A stretch of DNA of 64,000 nt from Bacteroidota bacterium (GTDB lineage Bacteria > Bacteroidota > Bacteroidia > Bacteroidales > B39-G9): contig JADFUR010000066.1 of assembly GCA_015222055.1 (NCBI GenBank), positions 7,933 through 71,932 of the forward strand, in the 5' to 3' direction. Made by a program: the position numbers and the translations under genes. A model generated the notes under the pieces. It ran no database searches. It had not been told where the DNA came from and saw only the letters and a program-made list of their open reading frames with translations. Below, in pieces: positions 20,052-29,977 of the stretch. The stretch's first letter is position 1; every line of letters begins with the position of its first letter.

Positions 20052-21119
20052 ATGGATACAAAAAAAGTCTTAGTAGCAATGAGTGGAGGTATCGACAGTT
20101 CAGTTACTGCCATGCTTCTCCAAGAACAAGGATACGATGTTCTTGGAGTTACTTTTGTTTCGTGGCTTGCTCCTGATAAAAACATTGAAGAAGCCACAGA
20201 TGTTGTTGATGCTAAAATTTTAGCCGAAAAACTTAGCATTCCACATTATGTTCTCGACTTAAGAGAAGACTTTAAAAATACGGTAATAAAAAATTTTATT
20301 GATAATTATTTAGCAGGAATTACACCTAATCCTTGTGTGTTTTGTAATCCTATTATTAAATGGCAACGATTATTAGAAAAAGCAGATGAATTAAACTGCG
20401 AATTACTTGCAACAGGTCATTACGCACAAATAAGGGAAGAAAAAAACCGATTTATACTTTCTAAAGGTGTTGATGAGAATAAAGATCAATCATACTTTTT
20501 ATGGAAATTAAAACAAGAACAGCTTAAAAAAACTATATTTCCTCTGGGTAAGTACAAAAAAGAAGAAATACGAGAACTTGCTAAAAAATTTGGGTTCGAA
20601 TATCTTGCTCAAAAAAAAGAAAGTCAAGAAATTTGTTTTATTGCTGATGATGATTACAGAGCATTTATAAAAAATAATGTAAAAAACATTGAAAAAAAAA
20701 TTGGCTCGGGTAATTTTATATCAACCGATGGTAAAATATTAGGAAAACATAAAGGACATCCATTTTATACAATAGGTCAACGTAAAGGTTTAGATATTGC
20801 TATTGGTCACCCTTTGTATGTTCTTAATATTAATGCAGAAAAAAACACAATAACTCTTGGAAAAAAAGAAGACTTATTAAAACACGAATTGTTTATTAAC
20901 GAAATAAATTTAATAAAATATAAAACTTTGCCTGAAGACATCGAACTAAATACTAAAATACGATATCGCACCAAAGCAGTTTTAAGTAAACTAAGCAAAA
21001 CAAACAACACTGTTAAAATAACATTTAACAATGATGTTTCTGCAATAACTCCAGGGCAGTCGGCTGTTTTTTATGAAAATGACGACCTTGTTGGTGGAGG
21101 AATTATTATTAAAAAATAA
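20052..21119 (+). CDS. mnmA: tRNA 2-thiouridine(34) synthase
   Basis: SGGIDSS PP-loop, TPNPCVFCN, ATGHYA, KDQSYFL, ESQEICF, TIGQRKGL, AITPGQSAVFY. Confidence 0.97.
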   Translation: MDTKKVLVAMSGGIDSSVTAMLLQEQGYDVLGVTFVSWLAPDKNIEEATDVVDAKILAEKLSIPHYVLDLREDFKNTVIKNFIDNYLAGITPNPCVFCNPIIKWQRLLEKADELNCELLATGHYAQIREEKNRFILSKGVDENKDQSYFLWKLKQEQLKKTIFPLGKYKKEEIRELAKKFGFEYLAQKKESQEICFIADDDYRAFIKNNVKNIEKKIGSGNFISTDGKILGKHKGHPFYTIGQRKGLDIAIGHPLYVLNINAEKNTITLGKKEDLLKHELFINEINLIKYKTLPEDIELNTKIRYRTKAVLSKLSKTNNTVKITFNNDVSAITPGQSAVFYENDDLVGGGIIIKK

Positions 21120-21139
21120 GAATTAAAAAAACAACAAAC

Positions 21140-21889
21140 ATGTTAAGTATAAAAAATTTGCATGCATCAATTGATGGAAAAAAAATACTAAACGGCATTA
21201 ATCTGGAAGTAAAACCTGGTGAAGTACATGCAATAATGGGTCCAAACGGATCTGGCAAAAGCACACTAGCTTCAGTTTTAGCCGGTAGAGAAATTTTTAA
21301 TGTTACTGAGGGCGAAATACTCTTTCACGGAAAAAGCATATTTGACCTTAATCCTGAAGAAAGAGCCAAAGAAGGATTATTTTTAAGTTTTCAATATCCT
21401 ATTGAGATACCTGGTGTAAGCATGGTTAATTTTATGAGAACTGCTGTAAACGAACATCGCAAATATCAAAATTTAAAACCCTTATCTGCTCAAGATTTTT
21501 TAAAACTAATGCGAGATAAAAAGAAACTCGTTGATATAGATTCTCGTTTAACAAATCGTTCTGTTAACGAAGGTTTTTCTGGTGGTGAAAAAAAGAAAAA
21601 TGAAATTTTTCAAATGGCAATGTTAGAGCCCAAACTTTCAATTCTTGACGAGACAGATTCTGGCTTAGACATTGATGCTCTCAGGGTTGTGGCAAATGGA
21701 GTTAATAAACTTAAAACAAAAGACAATTCCACTATTGTTATTACACACTATCAGCGTTTGCTTGATTATATTGTTCCTGATGTTGTTCACATTCTTTATA
21801 ATGGTAAGATTGTTAAAACAGGCGGAAAAGACCTTGCTCTTGTACTTGAAGACAAAGGGTACGATTGGATTAAAAATGGTAATTATTAA
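21140..21889 (+). CDS. sufC: Fe-S cluster assembly ATPase SufC
   Basis: GPNGSGKST, VNEGFSGGEKK, LDETDSGLDID. Confidence 0.98.
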   Translation: MLSIKNLHASIDGKKILNGINLEVKPGEVHAIMGPNGSGKSTLASVLAGREIFNVTEGEILFHGKSIFDLNPEERAKEGLFLSFQYPIEIPGVSMVNFMRTAVNEHRKYQNLKPLSAQDFLKLMRDKKKLVDIDSRLTNRSVNEGFSGGEKKKNEIFQMAMLEPKLSILDETDSGLDIDALRVVANGVNKLKTKDNSTIVITHYQRLLDYIVPDVVHILYNGKIVKTGGKDLALVLEDKGYDWIKNGNY

Positions 21890-21900
21890 GAAATTTTAGT

Positions 21901-23280
21901 ATGAGTAACAAAGCTAATAAAACAACAGATAAATTGGTCGCTCTTTACGAAGATAACAAAGCCGATTTATTTGAAAATTCTTCCGATTTTATAAATCAAG
22001 AGAGAAAAATTGCCATTGATTATTTTAAGAAGACAGGAATTCCAACAACTAAAAACGAAAGTTATAAATACACTGATCTTGAACCTGTTTTTGCTAATGG
22101 CTACACAAAATTTTTTGAACGCCAAAAATTCAATGTTGAATTAAATAAAGCTTTTCAATGTCAAGTTCCAAACTTAGACACATATACTGTTTTGTTTTCG
22201 AACGGTTGGTTCTACGAAAAAAACTCAGAATATAACAGTTTACCCAAAGGTGTAATTTTACAAAGTTTCCAAAAAGCTTCGAAAGAGCATCCTGAATTAG
22301 TTGAAAAATATTATTCAAAAATTGCAAAGCCAAACGATGATAGCATAGTTTCCTTAAACACTGCATTATCTCAGGACGGTTTTTTTCTTTATGTTCCAAA
22401 AAATACCATTATTGATAAACCAATACAGGTTATTAATTTATTGCGGTCGGAAAAAGATCTTATGGTAACTCAACGAAACCTGGTTGTTCTTGACGAAAAC
22501 AGCAGTGCAAAATTAATTATTTGCGACCACGCATTAAGCATTTGCCGATTTTTAACCAACACTGTTACTGAAGTTAATGTTGGAGAAAATGCAATTTTCG
22601 ATTATTACAATCTTCAAAAACAACACAATCTGACAACACAATTAAGCTCTGTTTTTATTCGTCAGAAAAAAAATAGTAATGTGCTGACAAATACTCTTTC
22701 TTTGCACGGTAAATTAATAAGAAACAATGTTTCTATTTTACTTGACGATGAAGGTTGTGAGAGTAATGTTTTTGGTTTATTCTTAGCTGACAAAGACCAA
22801 CATATTGATAATTACACCTTTATTGACCATGCAAAACCAAATTGCCACAGTAATGAATTGTATAAAGGAATTCTTGATGATGAAGCAACCGGTGGTTTTA
22901 ACGGAAAAATAATTGTAAGACAAGACGCTCAAAAAACCGAAGCGTTACAGTCTAATAAAAATATTTTACTTACAGATAATGCTGAGATGAATACAAAACC
23001 TCAGCTGGAAATTTATGCAGATGATGTAAAATGTAGCCACGGTGCAACAATCGGTCAGATAGACGAAGACGCATTATTTTATTTACGGTCACGAGGCATT
23101 AACGAAAAAGAGGCAAGGATGATGCTCATGTATGCATTTGCTCATGAAATACTGAAAAAAATTCGCGTTGATTCTCTTGATGTTCAATTAATAGATCTAG
23201 TTGAAAGTCGTCTAAGAGGCGAATTCTCAAAATGTGATTTCTGTAATTATAATGTTAAAGCAGCAAATTGTCCGAAATAA
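21901..23280 (+). CDS. sufD: Fe-S cluster assembly protein SufD
   Basis: KPQLEIYADDVKCSHGATIGQ, FYLRSRGI; C-terminal CxxC. Confidence 0.97.
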   Translation: MSNKANKTTDKLVALYEDNKADLFENSSDFINQERKIAIDYFKKTGIPTTKNESYKYTDLEPVFANGYTKFFERQKFNVELNKAFQCQVPNLDTYTVLFSNGWFYEKNSEYNSLPKGVILQSFQKASKEHPELVEKYYSKIAKPNDDSIVSLNTALSQDGFFLYVPKNTIIDKPIQVINLLRSEKDLMVTQRNLVVLDENSSAKLIICDHALSICRFLTNTVTEVNVGENAIFDYYNLQKQHNLTTQLSSVFIRQKKNSNVLTNTLSLHGKLIRNNVSILLDDEGCESNVFGLFLADKDQHIDNYTFIDHAKPNCHSNELYKGILDDEATGGFNGKIIVRQDAQKTEALQSNKNILLTDNAEMNTKPQLEIYADDVKCSHGATIGQIDEDALFYLRSRGINEKEARMMLMYAFAHEILKKIRVDSLDVQLIDLVESRLRGEFSKCDFCNYNVKAANCPK

Positions 23281-23301
23281 TAAAATTTACAAACTAAAAA
23301 A

Positions 23302-24522
23302 ATGGACTTTGATATAAAAAAAATTCGCTCTGATTTTCCAATACTCAGTCATACGGTTTATGGCAAACCTCTTATCTATTTTGACAATGCAGCCACAACT
23401 CAAAAGCCTGAATGTGTAATTAATATTATTAGCGAATTTTATAAAAATTACAATTCTAATGTTCATCGCGGTGTTCATCTCTTGAGTGCCAAATGCACAG
23501 AAGCAAATGAAAATGCCCGAAAAACAATTCAAAAATTCATCAATGCAAATAGCTCAAAAGAAATAATTTTTACTCACGGCACTACAGATTCAATAAATCT
23601 TATTGCCACATCTTTTGGCGATAAATTCATTAATAAGGATGACGAAATAATTGTTTCTGAACTTGAACACCACTCAAACATCGTTCCTTGGCAATTGCTA
23701 TGTGAACGCAAACAAGCAAAAATAAAAGTTTTGCCCTTTAACGAAAAAGGAGAACTCATTGTTGATAAATTAAAAAATCTCATCTCGAAAAAAACAAAAT
23801 TAATCACATTAAATCAGGTCTCAAACTCATTAGGAACAATAAATCCCATAAAAAAAATTATTGAGATAGCTCATTCTAACAACATTCCTGTTATGATTGA
23901 CGGAGCACAAGCTATTCAGCATCAAAAAGTTGATGTAAAAAAATTAGATTGTGATTTTTATGTTTTTTCGGGGCATAAAATTTATGCACCAACAGGCACA
24001 GGTGTTCTTTACGGAAAAGAAAAGTGGCTTGAACAAATGCCTCCATATCAAGGTGGCGGCGACATGATTGATGTTGTTACTTTTAAAAAAACGACTTATA
24101 ATGAACTGCCTTTTAAATTTGAAGCAGGCACGCCAAATTATATTGGTAACATTGCTTTAGGGAAAGCTTTAGATTATGTTAGTTCTATTGGAATTAGCAA
24201 TATTGCCAAACACGAAAAAGAACTTTTAGAATATGGCACACAAAAGTTAAGTGAAATTGAAAATCTAATAATTTACGGCAATGCCAAAAATAAAACAAGT
24301 GTTATTTCTTTTTTAATTAACGGAATACATCCTTACGACACAGGCATGGTTCTTGATAAACTTGGAGTTGCAGTTCGAACAGGAAATCACTGCACTCAAC
24401 CAGTTATGGATCATTACAAAATTCCGGGTACTGTTCGTGCTTCATTTGCTTTTTATAATACTATTGAAGAAATTGATGTGTTGTATGAAGGATTATTAAA
24501 AGTTGTTAAAATGTTTAATTAG
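23302..24522 (+). CDS. sufS: Cysteine desulfurase
   Basis: DNAATTQKP, EHHSNIVPW, FSGHK, VRTGNHCTQP. Confidence 0.97.
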   Translation: MDFDIKKIRSDFPILSHTVYGKPLIYFDNAATTQKPECVINIISEFYKNYNSNVHRGVHLLSAKCTEANENARKTIQKFINANSSKEIIFTHGTTDSINLIATSFGDKFINKDDEIIVSELEHHSNIVPWQLLCERKQAKIKVLPFNEKGELIVDKLKNLISKKTKLITLNQVSNSLGTINPIKKIIEIAHSNNIPVMIDGAQAIQHQKVDVKKLDCDFYVFSGHKIYAPTGTGVLYGKEKWLEQMPPYQGGGDMIDVVTFKKTTYNELPFKFEAGTPNYIGNIALGKALDYVSSIGISNIAKHEKELLEYGTQKLSEIENLIIYGNAKNKTSVISFLINGIHPYDTGMVLDKLGVAVRTGNHCTQPVMDHYKIPGTVRASFAFYNTIEEIDVLYEGLLKVVKMFN

Positions 24523-24645
24523 TCTTTGCAAAAAAACGCCAAATACTGCGTTATTCTTGTGTTGAAAACCGTTATTTACAAAAGTAGACTCCTTGATTTT
24601 CAACACTTCGAAAGCCTTGTCTTTGACATTTTCTTATCAAAGACT
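24521..24645. repeat. Long imperfect palindrome, MITE/REP-like, inside the suf operon
   Basis: Outer arms AGTCTTTG/CAAAGACT and inner arms GTGTTGAAAA/TTTTCAACAC. Confidence 0.6.
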
Positions 24646-24697
24646 TAAAAATAGATAGTTTTCTTTCTGACACTAATTAATAAATTTATACAAAAAA

Positions 24698-25117
24698 ATG
24701 ACTATTAAAGACAGACAACAAGATATAGTAGAAGAGTTTGAAATATATGATGATTGGATGGATAAATACTCTTATCTTATTGAATTAAGTAAAGATTTAC
24801 CAATTATTAATGAAAAGGACAGAAAAGAGGAAAATCTAATAAACGGCTGTCAATCAAAAGTTTGGTTAGATGCAAAATTTACCGACGGAAAAATTTCTTT
24901 TTCTGCCGATAGTGATGCAATAATAACAAAAGGAATTGTTGCTTTGCTTATACGTGTATTATCAGAAAGCACTCCTCAGGAAATTATTGATGCTGACTTA
25001 CATTTTATTGACAAAATTGGATTGAAAGAAAATTTATCGCCTACTCGTTCAAACGGTTTATTGTCAATGATAAAACAAATGAAACTTTATGCAATTGCAT
25101 TTAAATCAAAAGAATAA
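24698..25117 (+). CDS. sufE: Sulfur acceptor SufE
   Basis: GCQSKVW, ADSDAIITKG, LSPTRSNGL. Confidence 0.96.
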   Translation: MTIKDRQQDIVEEFEIYDDWMDKYSYLIELSKDLPIINEKDRKEENLINGCQSKVWLDAKFTDGKISFSADSDAIITKGIVALLIRVLSESTPQEIIDADLHFIDKIGLKENLSPTRSNGLLSMIKQMKLYAIAFKSKE

Positions 25118-25120
25118 ATT

Positions 25121-25441
25121 ATGGAAGCAACAGAACACTCAAAAATAGAATCGGAAATTATTATTGCATTAAAACAGGTTTTTGACCCTGAGATTCCGGT
25201 TAATATTTATGCTTTAGGTTTAATATATAAAATTGATATTGACGACGATTACAATGTTGAAATTGAGATGACTTTAACAGCACCGAACTGTCCTGCTTCA
25301 ACTCAAATTATTTCAATGGTAAACGAAAATGTATCATACGTACCTAAGGTTAAAGAAGTATTTGTAAATTTGGTTTTTGAACCTGCATGGAATAAAGACC
25401 TGATGAGTGAAGAGGCTAAACTAGAGCTTGGATTTTTATAA
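25121..25441 (+). CDS. DUF59 / SufT-like Fe-S assembly protein
   Basis: VFDPEIPVNIYALGLIY, MTLTAPNCP, FEPAW...MSEEAKLELG. Confidence 0.92.
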   Translation: MEATEHSKIESEIIIALKQVFDPEIPVNIYALGLIYKIDIDDDYNVEIEMTLTAPNCPASTQIISMVNENVSYVPKVKEVFVNLVFEPAWNKDLMSEEAKLELGFL

Positions 25442-25445
25442 TTTT

Positions 25446-26150
25446 TTAATAAACATTACCAATCTTTATTATTTTCTTCTCATCAAGAATTCTTATTCTT
25501 CTGCCATCAAGTTCAATTATTTTTTCAGTTTTGAATTCTGATAAAAGACGAATAACAGATTCTGTTGCCGTGCCAACCAAATTCGCTATTTCTTCTCTTG
25601 TAAGTGATATCTGAAGAATATTATTCTCATCTACACCAAAAATATCTTTTAGGATTAATAATATCTCTGCCAATCTTTCACGAACAGATTTTTGAGCAAT
25701 ATCAGTTATTAATTTATTTGCCGTTCCAAGCTCATTACATGCAAGTCGCATAATTTTTATTGAAAACTTCGAATTCGTTTTCACTAAATTAATAAAAACA
25801 TCGGCAGGTATAAAACACAAAACAGACTCTTCAATAACCTGAGCGGTAGTACAAGCAACCTCATTACTCAACACCGAACGATAACCAATAATATCTCCTT
25901 TTTTTGCAAATGAAACAATTTGTCCTTTCCCTTCAATTCCTGTTTTATATAATTTGAGAATTCCTTGACTTATGCAAAACAATCCGGGCATTCTATTGCC
26001 CTCGTGATAAACAATATCACCACGTTTGTAAGAGTTGCAGTTCTTCTCTATCGACAACATCAACAATTCATCTTCAGATAAATTATTAAAAACAGAATCG
26101 CCCTTTAAAACACATTCAGAACAATTTGGTATTCGTCTTAAATTTCCCAT
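25446..26150 (-). CDS. Crp/Fnr-family transcriptional regulator with N-terminal CxxC
   Basis: PNCSEC, cNMP-binding fold, HTH LTREEIANLVGTATESVIRLLSEF. Confidence 0.92.
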   Translation of the reverse strand: MGNLRRIPNCSECVLKGDSVFNNLSEDELLMLSIEKNCNSYKRGDIVYHEGNRMPGLFCISQGILKLYKTGIEGKGQIVSFAKKGDIIGYRSVLSNEVACTTAQVIEESVLCFIPADVFINLVKTNSKFSIKIMRLACNELGTANKLITDIAQKSVRERLAEILLILKDIFGVDENNILQISLTREEIANLVGTATESVIRLLSEFKTEKIIELDGRRIRILDEKKIIKIGNVY

Positions 26151-26425
26151 TAAATAATAATCACTTTAAATTAAAACGTGCATTCAACAAAAAACAAATA
26201 TAGCAAAATAAATAGCCAGAGCAAAAGACTCATAACATTTTACATCTCAATCAGATACAATCATTTTACGACAATTATTTAAACTACATACAATTACACC
26301 CTCATTATTAATTCCTTAGCAAGAAAAACGCTACATATTAAACAATATGAAAATGTTTTTTCTTCTAAACTATAAAATTAAATCATTATATTCATATATT
26401 TGCATATATGAATAAAAATTTTATT

Positions 26426-26845
26426 ATGAAAAATAAAATTAACATTTCTTGGGATAAAGGCATGGCTTTTGAAACCGAACTAAATGGTCATAAATTAATA
26501 ATTGATGCTGACGAAAAAAGTGGCGGTAATGATAGGGGCCCTCGCCCTAAAGCTTTAATGATGCTTGCTTTGGCAGGATGTACAGGTATGGATGTTATTT
26601 CAATATTAAAAAAAATGAGAGTTGATATTGAAAATTTTAATGTTAAAATTGAAGGCGACGTAACCGAAGAACCACCAAAGCATTATTATAAAATGCACAT
26701 AATTTATGAATTCACTGGCAAAAGCTTGCCTATTGAAAAATTAAAAAAAGCTGTAAATCTTTCAAAAGAAAGATATTGCGGAGTAAGTGCTAATTATAGC
26801 AAAGCGATGGAACTAAGTTCTGAAATAATAATTATTGAAAAATAA
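26426..26845 (+). CDS. OsmC-family protein
   Basis: GPRPKALMMLALAGCTGMDV and SKERYCGVS. Start moved to the second Met because a -7 element (TATATTTG, 26395-26402) lies just before the first. Confidence 0.9.
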   Translation: MKNKINISWDKGMAFETELNGHKLIIDADEKSGGNDRGPRPKALMMLALAGCTGMDVISILKKMRVDIENFNVKIEGDVTEEPPKHYYKMHIIYEFTGKSLPIEKLKKAVNLSKERYCGVSANYSKAMELSSEIIIIEK

Positions 26846-26876
26846 TGTTTCAGCACAAAGAACCTGTTAATGGTGA

Positions 26877-26956
26877 AAGCGTCTTCGCTTGTACCTTGCT
26901 CTCTGAAAAAATTCCGAAACAAATTTAGAAATATCTAAGTACAAGCGAAGACGCTT
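26877..26956. repeat. REP-like 18-bp perfect inverted repeat
   Basis: AAGCGTCTTCGCTTGTAC (26877-26894) and GTACAAGCGAAGACGCTT (26939-26956), between convergent genes. Confidence 0.8.
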
Positions 26957-26985
26957 GCACTAGTAAAAACATGTCGTGTTTTGTA

Positions 26986-29664
26986 TTAACCTGCATTTAT
27001 TGTAGCACTGCCCGAGAAAATTGGAAGAACAATTTTTATTCCTGTAAACTTATGTTTCCAGTTTTCAAATCCTGTAAATATTTCAACATTAAACAATAAA
27101 AAAACCTGATCAAGGCCATATCCCATTTCAAAATAATCTTTGTTATCTGCTGTTTTTAAATAATTGAGATAAAGATTTTCTCTTATTAACGATTTATTCA
27201 TTATTGGCAGGCGTTTTATTAGAATTCTATCATTATCGAATTTCAAACTAGCCTGAATAAAATAATCATTCGTATTATGTGAATAATAGTTCAACAAACG
27301 AAAAGACCTAAAATCTGAATTACCTGAAATAAATGATGGATGAACCTGAAAATTTTTATAATCGGAAAAATGCATATTTGTTTTGTTAAAGAATAAGCCT
27401 GTGCTTACATTATATCGCAAATAACCAATAAAACCAATGCTTTTCCCTTGATATATTGAAGCTTGTAAAAACTGAAACGATGAGCTTGAATTAAAAAAAT
27501 TATTTATTCCTTGTTTATAATCAACAGTAAACCTCGGGTATTTTGAATACATCATTATCTTCATATTATTTTTAACCCTATAATAATACCTTGGCGTATA
27601 ATTTATTTTAGCATTAAAAACAAAAGTTGATTGGTTTTCAAAAGCATTGGCATTTACAAAATCATTATCAGGAATATTGCTTGTAAAAACAGTGTCGAAA
27701 GGATTTGTTAAATAAAAATAAGAATTATTATTTAGCTGTTTTTTGTAATTATATTCTAATCCGGTTGTGAGCGTTAATCCGTTAACGATATCAAATTTAT
27801 GCTCAAGTTTAACAAAACTTTTCTCATATAAATTTACATAATTTTGTTTTAACATAAGTGTTGTAATCATATTAACCGAAGGGAGCATGCTATTATCTCC
27901 ATTAAAATCAAGAGTTTTAACACCTCCCGAAATATTTACAGAAGCACGCTTCATTGAATTATATCTATAACTAAAAACGCCTGATGCAAGCAGTTTGTTT
28001 CTAGCTGTTGAATACGAAAAATTTTGTTTTATTAATATTCTTTTTCCACTTTCATATTTCTTTTTAAAAGAAAATTGTTTTTTCAACAGTAATCCTTCTA
28101 CAGTATTGTATGAAGAACTATTAAGACCAAGCAATGCACTTGAAAAAAACTCAGCATCGGCATCTTCATAAATATAAGTATTGCCAAAAAGTATGTGTAT
28201 AAATTTGAATTGTTTTTTGGCTCGTTTAACAGAATCTTTATATTGCGGATTATTAAGAAGTATTGCAATGGAATCTTTATTACGATAGCTGTTTTTTTCT
28301 GATTTGCTAAGAGTAACTGGCCTTATTGAATCCCAAAAAGAGAGGTCTCTATTTTTTGCATTGTCTAAAATTGTATAATTTTCTTTTATTTCCAATGGTC
28401 TTAATTTCGCTGATGATTTTGCGTCTTTTTCCATTATTCGCTTTAATTTTCGGGCATCTCTATTTTTAAGATTTTGTTTTTGTGTGATTTTATCAACTGC
28501 TCTTTTACTTGCATTTTGGTTCTCATAAATTAACTTTCTTGCTTTCTCATCTTCATTTTTCGATTTAATTATACTATTACGAATCTGAGCCATTATTGTG
28601 TTGTCAATATTTTTATTGAGTTTTATATTCTTATAACTTACAGATGCAACATATTTATAATTTAATTTAACACCCATAACATCAACATTAGCATCAAAAT
28701 TAAAACTTATTGGCATCCAGATATCTTTTTTAACGGGTGCATAAAGTTGTTTAATTATTACTGAAAACATCTTTTGTTCAAGCTCAAGATCAACACTATG
28801 AATATTCCAATAATCATCAGCAATATAGATGTAACCTGAAAACAAATCATAACCTTTTCGGCGAGGCATTACTTTTATTTTATTTATTCTTCGTCCTTGG
28901 TCAGAAAAGGTGTTCTCTAATCGGAATGTATAAACAGAAAAGGCTCTCTTATCTAAAGGTAAGATTGGCGTTTTCATTTCATTATAAAGGCTTAGAGTAA
29001 TATAATCCATTGGTTCAACATTTGAATTCCTGAACGAACTCTTCATTGCCACAATTTTTTTTTGAATACCATTTGGAATGTCGTAATGAATATCTGTAAT
29101 GTTTTCAAGCGTATATGATTTTCCCTCTTCAATTCCCTCCTTCTTCAAAATTTTCGTTAACAAGAAAGGTATGTTGTTAAAAAATGCAGTGCCTTTCAAA
29201 TAAACCCTGCAATCGTAATAAGAAACCTGTTTAAGGTAATATTGACTCATCGCCATTGCCCTTCTCATAACATAATAAGCTGGGTCTTCTTTTTTTGCAC
29301 TTACTCTGATATCGGGAATTTGAAAACTTTGTGGTTTTAAAGTAATATCAATTGTTGAAAATTTATTAGCTAATATATTAAGCTTTATTGTTTGTGTTTT
29401 ATACGACAAATGTTTAATAATAATATTATAACTCCCCTCGGGCATTTTAAAACTATAGCAACCACTAGCATCTGTTGTTGTGCCCCTTGTCAACTCTTTT
29501 ACAAAGACAACAACAAAAGGTACTAATTTACCAGCCTCATCCCTAACAACACCTTTAAACCCTTGTGATGTAACCTTATTACCAAATTCTTTTGTTTGTG
29601 AATAAACTCCTGTTGTAGTAATAATATTTATCAAAAATAAAGTAGCAAAAATCTTATTCATCAT
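26986..29664 (-). CDS. Outer-membrane protein with carboxypeptidase-regulatory-like and DUF5686-type domains
   Basis: GVVRDEAG..VPFVVV..GTTTD..G.Y N-terminal domain, EDPAYYVMRRA, WDSIRPVTL, YNTVEG, YFEMGYGL. Confidence 0.75.
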   Translation of the reverse strand: MMNKIFATLFLINIITTTGVYSQTKEFGNKVTSQGFKGVVRDEAGKLVPFVVVFVKELTRGTTTDASGCYSFKMPEGSYNIIIKHLSYKTQTIKLNILANKFSTIDITLKPQSFQIPDIRVSAKKEDPAYYVMRRAMAMSQYYLKQVSYYDCRVYLKGTAFFNNIPFLLTKILKKEGIEEGKSYTLENITDIHYDIPNGIQKKIVAMKSSFRNSNVEPMDYITLSLYNEMKTPILPLDKRAFSVYTFRLENTFSDQGRRINKIKVMPRRKGYDLFSGYIYIADDYWNIHSVDLELEQKMFSVIIKQLYAPVKKDIWMPISFNFDANVDVMGVKLNYKYVASVSYKNIKLNKNIDNTIMAQIRNSIIKSKNEDEKARKLIYENQNASKRAVDKITQKQNLKNRDARKLKRIMEKDAKSSAKLRPLEIKENYTILDNAKNRDLSFWDSIRPVTLSKSEKNSYRNKDSIAILLNNPQYKDSVKRAKKQFKFIHILFGNTYIYEDADAEFFSSALLGLNSSSYNTVEGLLLKKQFSFKKKYESGKRILIKQNFSYSTARNKLLASGVFSYRYNSMKRASVNISGGVKTLDFNGDNSMLPSVNMITTLMLKQNYVNLYEKSFVKLEHKFDIVNGLTLTTGLEYNYKKQLNNNSYFYLTNPFDTVFTSNIPDNDFVNANAFENQSTFVFNAKINYTPRYYYRVKNNMKIMMYSKYPRFTVDYKQGINNFFNSSSSFQFLQASIYQGKSIGFIGYLRYNVSTGLFFNKTNMHFSDYKNFQVHPSFISGNSDFRSFRLLNYYSHNTNDYFIQASLKFDNDRILIKRLPIMNKSLIRENLYLNYLKTADNKDYFEMGYGLDQVFLLFNVEIFTGFENWKHKFTGIKIVLPIFSGSATINAG

Positions 29665-29782
29665 TTATTTCAAATCATTTACCTTCACCATAATACAATT
29701 AATAGCATTATGAATAATAATAATTAAAACATGTGTTGTAAGTGAAACGGTCAACTTATAAAATTGTTACTTCTATCGAAAT

Positions 29783-29855
29783 CTATTCATCCTCAACATA
29801 ACCCAACACAGCATTAGAAACAGCTCTTGGCTTAAAAGGTAGCGAATAAATATTA
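29783..29855 (-). repeat. Duplicated 3' end of the 1393-aa gene (direct repeat of 30853-30920)
   Basis: 62/68 nt identical; reads NIYSLPFKPRAVSNAVLGYVEDE* versus NIYSLPPEPRAVSNAVLGYVEDV*. Confidence 0.92.
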
Positions 29856-29977
29856 AAAAAAAATTAAATCCACCTAGATTAAACAAAAAAAATTATAAAT
29901 TAGCATTGTGTATAATCTGATTTTTTTCTTTACATTGAATTCTCAAATTTGCTTATAAAAATATTAATTTAAATCTT

